Virus record (IMG/VR): IMGVR_UViG_3300030376_005400
Span: 1-40,871 of that record
Strand: one strand, 5' to 3'
DNA: 40,871 nucleotides
Origin: a virus
Taxonomy: Duplodnaviria; Caudoviricetes
The first letter of the stretch is position 1, and every line of letters begins with the position of its first letter. Below, one piece after another: positions 36,103 to 40,871 of the stretch. Made by a program: the position numbers and the translations under genes. The notes under the pieces were generated by a model. The model had not been told where the DNA came from, searched no databases, and was given only the letters and a program-made list of their open reading frames with translations.

Positions 36103-36515
36103 GATGCTAATCCTTGAATACTTTGAGCTACCCCAAATCTACGCATAGCATCAGCTATTGCCTGATCCATGCCAGCACCACCAAACTGATCCTCCAAAAT
36201 AGCTTGTTGGCGATCTAACTGTGCTTGAGCTTCCATTTGCTGACCTTCTACGTTCCATGATTCTAGTTGTTTATCTCCAGCTAATCTTTCGGCAGCTTTC
36301 TTAGCTACACCAGAATCTATCATTCCACGCTGGTTCATGTTTCCACGCTGACTTTTAGCCATATCGTCAAATCTGCGATTCAAATTAAACCTTTGAAGCG
36401 CATTTTGACGTTTGTGTGCCTGCCTAGCAGAGGTTATATCACTCATGCCATAACCGTAGTTAACTATTCTGTTAGCAGAATTGCTGGAATTGGACCCTGT
36501 ATACGTAGAACTCAT
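36099..36515 (-). CDS. Small internal virion protein
   Basis: 138 aa; RGMIDSG motif; Gln-rich. Confidence 0.6.
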   Translation of the reverse strand: MSSTYTGSNSSNSANRIVNYGYGMSDITSARQAHKRQNALQRFNLNRRFDDMAKSQRGNMNQRGMIDSGVAKKAAERLAGDKQLESWNVEGQQMEAQAQLDRQQAILEDQFGGAGMDQAIADAMRRFGVAQSIQGLAS

Positions 36516-36540
36516 ATCATAATTTAGTCTGTTTGTCCCA
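36516..36540 (-). promoter_or_regulatory. Putative late promoter (TGGGACA-N6-CTAAAT)
   Basis: Motif upstream of the ejection-protein cluster; no SD before the ATG. Confidence 0.55.
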
Positions 36541-36700
36541 CTTCTTCGCTATTAAGGGCTTGTTCAATAGCTGCAATTTCAGCTTTTTTCATAGCTAAAT
36601 CCCATTCAGCTTGGCCTCTAGGGCTTAATTGCTTAAGAACATCCTCTAAATTTATTACATTTTCCTCTACTGGCTGTTCGTGTTCATCTGGCATTGACAT
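36524..36700 (-). CDS. Hypothetical protein (58 aa)
   Basis: Not in the ORF track: MSMPDEHEQPVEENVINLEDVLKQLSPRGQAEWDL...; GAGGAG SD. Confidence 0.7.
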   Translation of the reverse strand: MSMPDEHEQPVEENVINLEDVLKQLSPRGQAEWDLAMKKAEIAAIEQALNSEEVGQTD

Positions 36701-38703
36701 TTATTCTCCTCTATTTGAATAGATAATTCTTGAACTGCTTTAATTATAGGTCCAATAAGTTCACTATAGCGTAATGCTTGGTCTGTAGGGGCAGGTACTT
36801 TAACTGTTTTTTCAGGATCATCTTGATCAACTATTTCATCTTCTACACCATCAACAGAAAAATCACACCACATAGCTTGCTCGCTAGCATTAGTTTCGCT
36901 TCTTGCATCAAGAATAGCTTTAACTTCTTGCGCTATTAAACCTTGGTGATCTCTAACACCATCTTTCCCTCCATCAGTTTTTTTCCATTTGTATTGGATT
37001 GGGCGCAAGGATTTAATAAAATCTAAGCCCAAAGGAGTATCAACAATATCTGTTTTAAGATTAACGTCTGAAGTGCTAATTGTTGAAGTATCCGCATACA
37101 ATTGCGTCCACCTAGCAGACGATGACCCCAATTTCATCTGACTATCATAATACGGTCTAAGTTCGCTAGATGATTGCCTTGTCCTCCATCCACCACCAGC
37201 CCTAGTGTAGAAATACCCTGAACCTGTCGTGTAAATACCACCCATAGTTGTATTAGAGCCAGTGTCACCCATATAAATAATAGAATTAGCTGCTCCAGCC
37301 GCAAGAAAATAACTGTAATGAGTAGAATTAGTGTGAGTTGTAAAAACGTTATTGCCAGCACTAGAAACGTACCAAACGTTTTCTCCACCAACTGCACACC
37401 CTAACGAATTAGCAGCATAGCGATACCAACCAGAGTCACCATCAGAAGTAAACGTAAACGAAGGGTCAGTAGGATCACCATTATCAGCTCTAACTTCATT
37501 TACATCAATAACATCAGTAGTAGTAATTTTAGCGTTTTTAAAATCAGCTATATCATCACCAAATGTTGCTCGTACCGTACCGCCTGTAGCGATACCTACA
37601 ACTACGACAGTTGAACCTCCAGAATTTGTTTCAGTGGTTCTGTAAATACCAGTATCTGTATCATCAGTAAATTTAATGCTAGGCGCTCCAGCACTACCAT
37701 CAGCAAATGTAACTGCTCCGCCACCACCACCCAAATCAGCTATAGATTGAGCCGTGACTTTCTTAACGTTAGCGCTATCTGAAGTGTCAGTAATTAACAC
37801 AAGATCATCTGCAGCTACTGTAACTGTTCCTGCAGTTACGGTAGCAGGAGTAAAAGCACCGCTTACAGTTAAAGAGCCAAGAGTACCAACGCTAGTTAAC
37901 GAAGAAGTAACGACAGTAGACTTTAACTCAGTTCCAGTTAATGTGCCTGCAGCAGCAGTCACAGTAATAGGTGCTGTACCATCAAAATCAACGCCATTAA
38001 TAGCTCTAGCAGTAGCTAACGCAGTTGTTGTGGCAGCTAAAGTAGCTGTAGCAGCATTTCCAGACGTATTCTGGTTACCTGCAGTATTTACGCCAGCTAA
38101 ATCAATGTTTGCTGTGCCATCAAACGACACGCCACCTATAGTGCGTGCAGTTTGTAACGCAGTTGCAGTACCAGCGTTACCACTTATATTAGTCACTCCT
38201 GTTATATACCCATAAGAAAGTATTTTGTCTTGTATCGCAGCACTAGTCATTAAACTAGTGTCGTTATCTGCAAAAGATTCTGAGCTTGTTTGCACAGCAG
38301 CATCAGCAAACTGTGCAACTGCAACATCGGCAACGTTAAGAGTTACGCTACCTGAAGAACCTCCACCTGATAAAGCTGTTCCAGCTACAACTTCTGTTAT
38401 GTCTCCCTGCGGAGCTAAAGCAGCTATAGACGAAGCGGTTACCGTTTTAGGATTATCACTATCGCTTGTGTCTGCAATAATTACTTTATCGTCTGAGGCT
38501 ACAGTTACTGAACTTAACTCAGATGGAGCAAAATTGACAGTGACAGTACCAGTGGTCCCACCGCCTGAAATAGCATCTCCTGCAGTAACACCTGTTATTG
38601 TTCCACTACCACCAGTGGGCATTTTTTGAGCTATTTTACGTAATTCATAATCAATAGCAATAGCGTCTTCAGTTACAAATTTACGAGAAGGCTTATATGC
38701 CAC
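36667..38703 (-). CDS. Tail fibre with C-terminal peptidase S74-type intramolecular chaperone
   Basis: G/T/A-rich repeats (ARTIGGVSFDGT / ARAINGVDFDGT); TSDVNLKTDI, GLIAQEV, LRYSELI.PIIKAVQEL. Confidence 0.85.
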   Translation of the reverse strand: MAYKPSRKFVTEDAIAIDYELRKIAQKMPTGGSGTITGVTAGDAISGGGTTGTVTVNFAPSELSSVTVASDDKVIIADTSDSDNPKTVTASSIAALAPQGDITEVVAGTALSGGGSSGSVTLNVADVAVAQFADAAVQTSSESFADNDTSLMTSAAIQDKILSYGYITGVTNISGNAGTATALQTARTIGGVSFDGTANIDLAGVNTAGNQNTSGNAATATLAATTTALATARAINGVDFDGTAPITVTAAAGTLTGTELKSTVVTSSLTSVGTLGSLTVSGAFTPATVTAGTVTVAADDLVLITDTSDSANVKKVTAQSIADLGGGGGAVTFADGSAGAPSIKFTDDTDTGIYRTTETNSGGSTVVVVGIATGGTVRATFGDDIADFKNAKITTTDVIDVNEVRADNGDPTDPSFTFTSDGDSGWYRYAANSLGCAVGGENVWYVSSAGNNVFTTHTNSTHYSYFLAAGAANSIIYMGDTGSNTTMGGIYTTGSGYFYTRAGGGWRTRQSSSELRPYYDSQMKLGSSSARWTQLYADTSTISTSDVNLKTDIVDTPLGLDFIKSLRPIQYKWKKTDGGKDGVRDHQGLIAQEVKAILDARSETNASEQAMWCDFSVDGVEDEIVDQDDPEKTVKVPAPTDQALRYSELIGPIIKAVQELSIQIEENKCQCQMNTNSQ

Positions 38704-38705
38704 AG

Positions 38706-38987
38706 CTACTCCTCTTCGTTACAAAGTTCTTGAATTATCTCGTCCATTGTCGTAACTTGTTCATTTAGTTCGTTAATCTGAAATTGCAATTGCTGCAATT
38801 CAGATTGCGTTACGCTATTCGCAATGAGTGATTCAACTTGGTCGCTTACACGATTAATTTTGTTTGAGTAGCTAGATACTGACCATACTATTGTTGCCAC
38901 TATTACAATAACTGTCATTAAGAAACCAAGTGTCATTGAAGATACTCGGAAGTTTTTGACGTTATCTTCGGTTAGTGGCGTATTCAT
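38706..38987 (-). CDS. Single-TM coiled-coil protein
   Basis: LGFLMTVIVIVATIVW followed by heptads. Confidence 0.65.
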   Translation of the reverse strand: MNTPLTEDNVKNFRVSSMTLGFLMTVIVIVATIVWSVSSYSNKINRVSDQVESLIANSVTQSELQQLQFQINELNEQVTTMDEIIQELCNEEE

Positions 38988-39760
38988 TAGTAGTCCATTG
39001 TCACAGTTAATACAGGATTATACGTGTCTCCAGCGCCATCTATAATGCTGTAAAGTTTGTTGTAGGTTGCGCTTCCTCCGTAAGCAACCCAACCAGTTGT
39101 CTTTTCAGACAACCACATTTGTTTAGTGCTTACGTGAGTAATGAAATCAGTCAAACCAGACGAAGGTAATGTAAAGGTTTCAGCATCGTTTGTTCCCCAT
39201 CCAATTAAATCAGAAGCAGGTATTGTCTGCATGTTAGTTGTTTGCACAAAATCGGCTGCATCGTAATTAAGCGTTGTGCCATTAGCTTTGTTCATTTGCC
39301 CAACTTTTAATGTGTTGGTCATACTAGGAATAGTCCCAAAACCTGCTGTTCTTCTATAAAGATATAGCGTAGCGCTTGTTACATTGGGTCTAACAGCAAG
39401 AGCTTCTGCCAATGTTGTGCTTGTATGCCCACCAGTAGTTGAATTACCACTGAACTCTAAAGCACTTAAATTATCTCCGTAAAAAGTACCAAGCGTTCCG
39501 TAGGGCGCACCGCTTTGCCATGCTCCAATGTATATGTCGTCATTTCCTCTCCAACTGTTTTCTCTCCACCCTTCTGAAACGTTGCAATCAAATGCAAGCG
39601 TCAAAGGATCAGACTTGTTCCAAACCGTGTACCACGCTCCATTTTTACGAGCTTGAATTTTAGTAGGGTTAACTAAAGAACCATTTTTTTCAGCCTTAAT
39701 AGTTGTACCATTAGGCACAGAAACCCAAGCACCATTCTTGCGAGCTTTAATCTGTGCCAT
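38987..39760 (-). CDS. Tail-associated / receptor-binding protein
   Basis: Three N-terminal KA(R/E)KNG-type repeats; beta-rich body ending NPVLTVTMDY. Confidence 0.6.
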   Translation of the reverse strand: MAQIKARKNGAWVSVPNGTTIKAEKNGSLVNPTKIQARKNGAWYTVWNKSDPLTLAFDCNVSEGWRENSWRGNDDIYIGAWQSGAPYGTLGTFYGDNLSALEFSGNSTTGGHTSTTLAEALAVRPNVTSATLYLYRRTAGFGTIPSMTNTLKVGQMNKANGTTLNYDAADFVQTTNMQTIPASDLIGWGTNDAETFTLPSSGLTDFITHVSTKQMWLSEKTTGWVAYGGSATYNKLYSIIDGAGDTYNPVLTVTMDY

Positions 39761-40629
39761 TAGCTTATATCAAACCAAATGTCACCATTGCTAGTGGCAG
39801 TAGGTTCCGAAGTACACACAAAAATCGTAGGCGTAGTATCAACCTGATCACTTGCAACAGTAGCAGCACCATCGTGGCTATACGCTATACGAGTAATTGA
39901 GTTAGCGCCCGAAACAGCGCCAGCAAACGTTAAATCAGCAGCAATGTTCACAGCGCCATCAATATCAACAACATCTAAGTTAGTCGTACCATCAACATCT
40001 AACGTATCAGCAATATAAACATTGCCGTCCAAAACAGATAAAGCGTTTTGGTCAGCAGTACCAGTTATTTTAAGTATTTCTTCAGACGCATCCCAAAAGA
40101 AATAATCTGATCCTGTAGCAGAATGAAATATGACATCATGCCCTGAACCATCTGAACCAACATTTACTATCCCAGTTATATTTGTAGCTCCTAACGTAGT
40201 AGTACCACCAGTAGCAGTAAAATTACCAGAAACGTCTACGACTCCATTAACATCTACTGTTGGCGCTGTAATATCTAATGTTGTACCAGCATTAATTTCT
40301 AAATGCCCATCAGCAGAAGCTACAATGTTTTCACCACCAGCAGCATCATGGAAAGAAAGTTTAGAATCGCTAGTTAAAACTAGCTCATCTGCTGATTGAT
40401 CCCAAAGCACATAATGACCAGCGGAATCACCAAAAAACTTGACATCATAACCTGTTCCATCGGAACCCACAGTTATAGTGTTTGTCCATGTGCAAGCGCC
40501 AGTAAATGCAGCGCCGTCCAAGCGAGCTACTTCGCTTGACCAGCTAGTAACTGTTGCAAAGTTAGCATTCATTTGAGAAGCAACTATTGTTGTTCCTGCA
40601 TTAAAACTTGTAAATGATCCTAAAGCCAT
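39760..40629 (-). CDS. Tail fibre / tail-associated protein
   Basis: FNAGTTIVASQMNANF N-terminus; duplicated VGSDG.G.DV.F...W D.S module; C-terminal EPT...GDIWF. Confidence 0.7.
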   Translation of the reverse strand: MALGSFTSFNAGTTIVASQMNANFATVTSWSSEVARLDGAAFTGACTWTNTITVGSDGTGYDVKFFGDSAGHYVLWDQSADELVLTSDSKLSFHDAAGGENIVASADGHLEINAGTTLDITAPTVDVNGVVDVSGNFTATGGTTTLGATNITGIVNVGSDGSGHDVIFHSATGSDYFFWDASEEILKITGTADQNALSVLDGNVYIADTLDVDGTTNLDVVDIDGAVNIAADLTFAGAVSGANSITRIAYSHDGAATVASDQVDTTPTIFVCTSEPTATSNGDIWFDIS

Positions 40630-40871
40630 TATCTCATCCTTCTAGGTACATACGTAAACCCTATCGCATTTACCTGCCAATCGGAATTAGTAGCTGTGGG
40701 TCCAATAATCTTCATACTTATAGCCCTAGCTGTCCCTAAAGTAGGCAATCTTTTAACATCCGTAACCTTAGATTGGTCTTCTGACGACCAAACACCGTCA
40801 CCTAAACTTCCATCAGCGTTCTGCCAAGTAGCAGTACCCCACACAGAAGCACTAGTACGACCAGTAATATC
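40629..40871 (-). CDS. 3' part of the origin-spanning tail tubular B-like gene
   Basis: In frame with 1..1431 through the 99-bp overlap. Confidence 0.75.
   Translation of the reverse strand, partial: DITGRTSASVWGTATWQNADGSLGDGVWSSEDQSKVTDVKRLPTLGTARAISMKIIGPTATNSDWQVNAIGFTYVPRRMR
40773..40871. repeat. 99-bp terminal direct repeat, copy 2
   Basis: Identical to 1-99. Confidence 0.95.

Overview
The window is an apparently complete, circularly assembled ~40.8 kb tailed-phage genome. Positions 1-99 are identical to 40773-40871, giving a unit length of 40,772 bp. Gene content is podovirus-like: portal, scaffold, capsid, tail tubular proteins and ejection-type proteins, with no tape measure or sheath recognised. 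The minus strand carries packaging, virion and lysis genes, including a large terminase split into two genes and a 3923-aa polyvalent virion protein. The plus strand (~9290-21620) carries small early genes, then a Cas4-like nuclease, DnaB-like helicase, AEP primase-polymerase, RusA, a sigma-region-4 protein and DUF1599. I recognised no integrase, family A/B DNA polymerase, methyltransferase, tRNA or CRISPR array. An actinobacterial host is a weak inference. The most interesting signal is non-coding. (1) Seven early genes have a non-canonical GGAGGT(T)C ribosome-binding site, and a structured RNA at 15063-15153 presents the exact complement (UGACCUCCC) in a loop, suggesting an anti-RBS small-RNA switch for early translation. 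(2) Early leaders contain covarying hairpin cassettes with conserved geometry. (3) A GGGACA-N6/7-CTAA motif precedes late units. (4) CCNGG appears to be avoided so strongly that I found no Pro-Gly dipeptide in the proteins. All family calls come from motif recognition by eye, not database searches.
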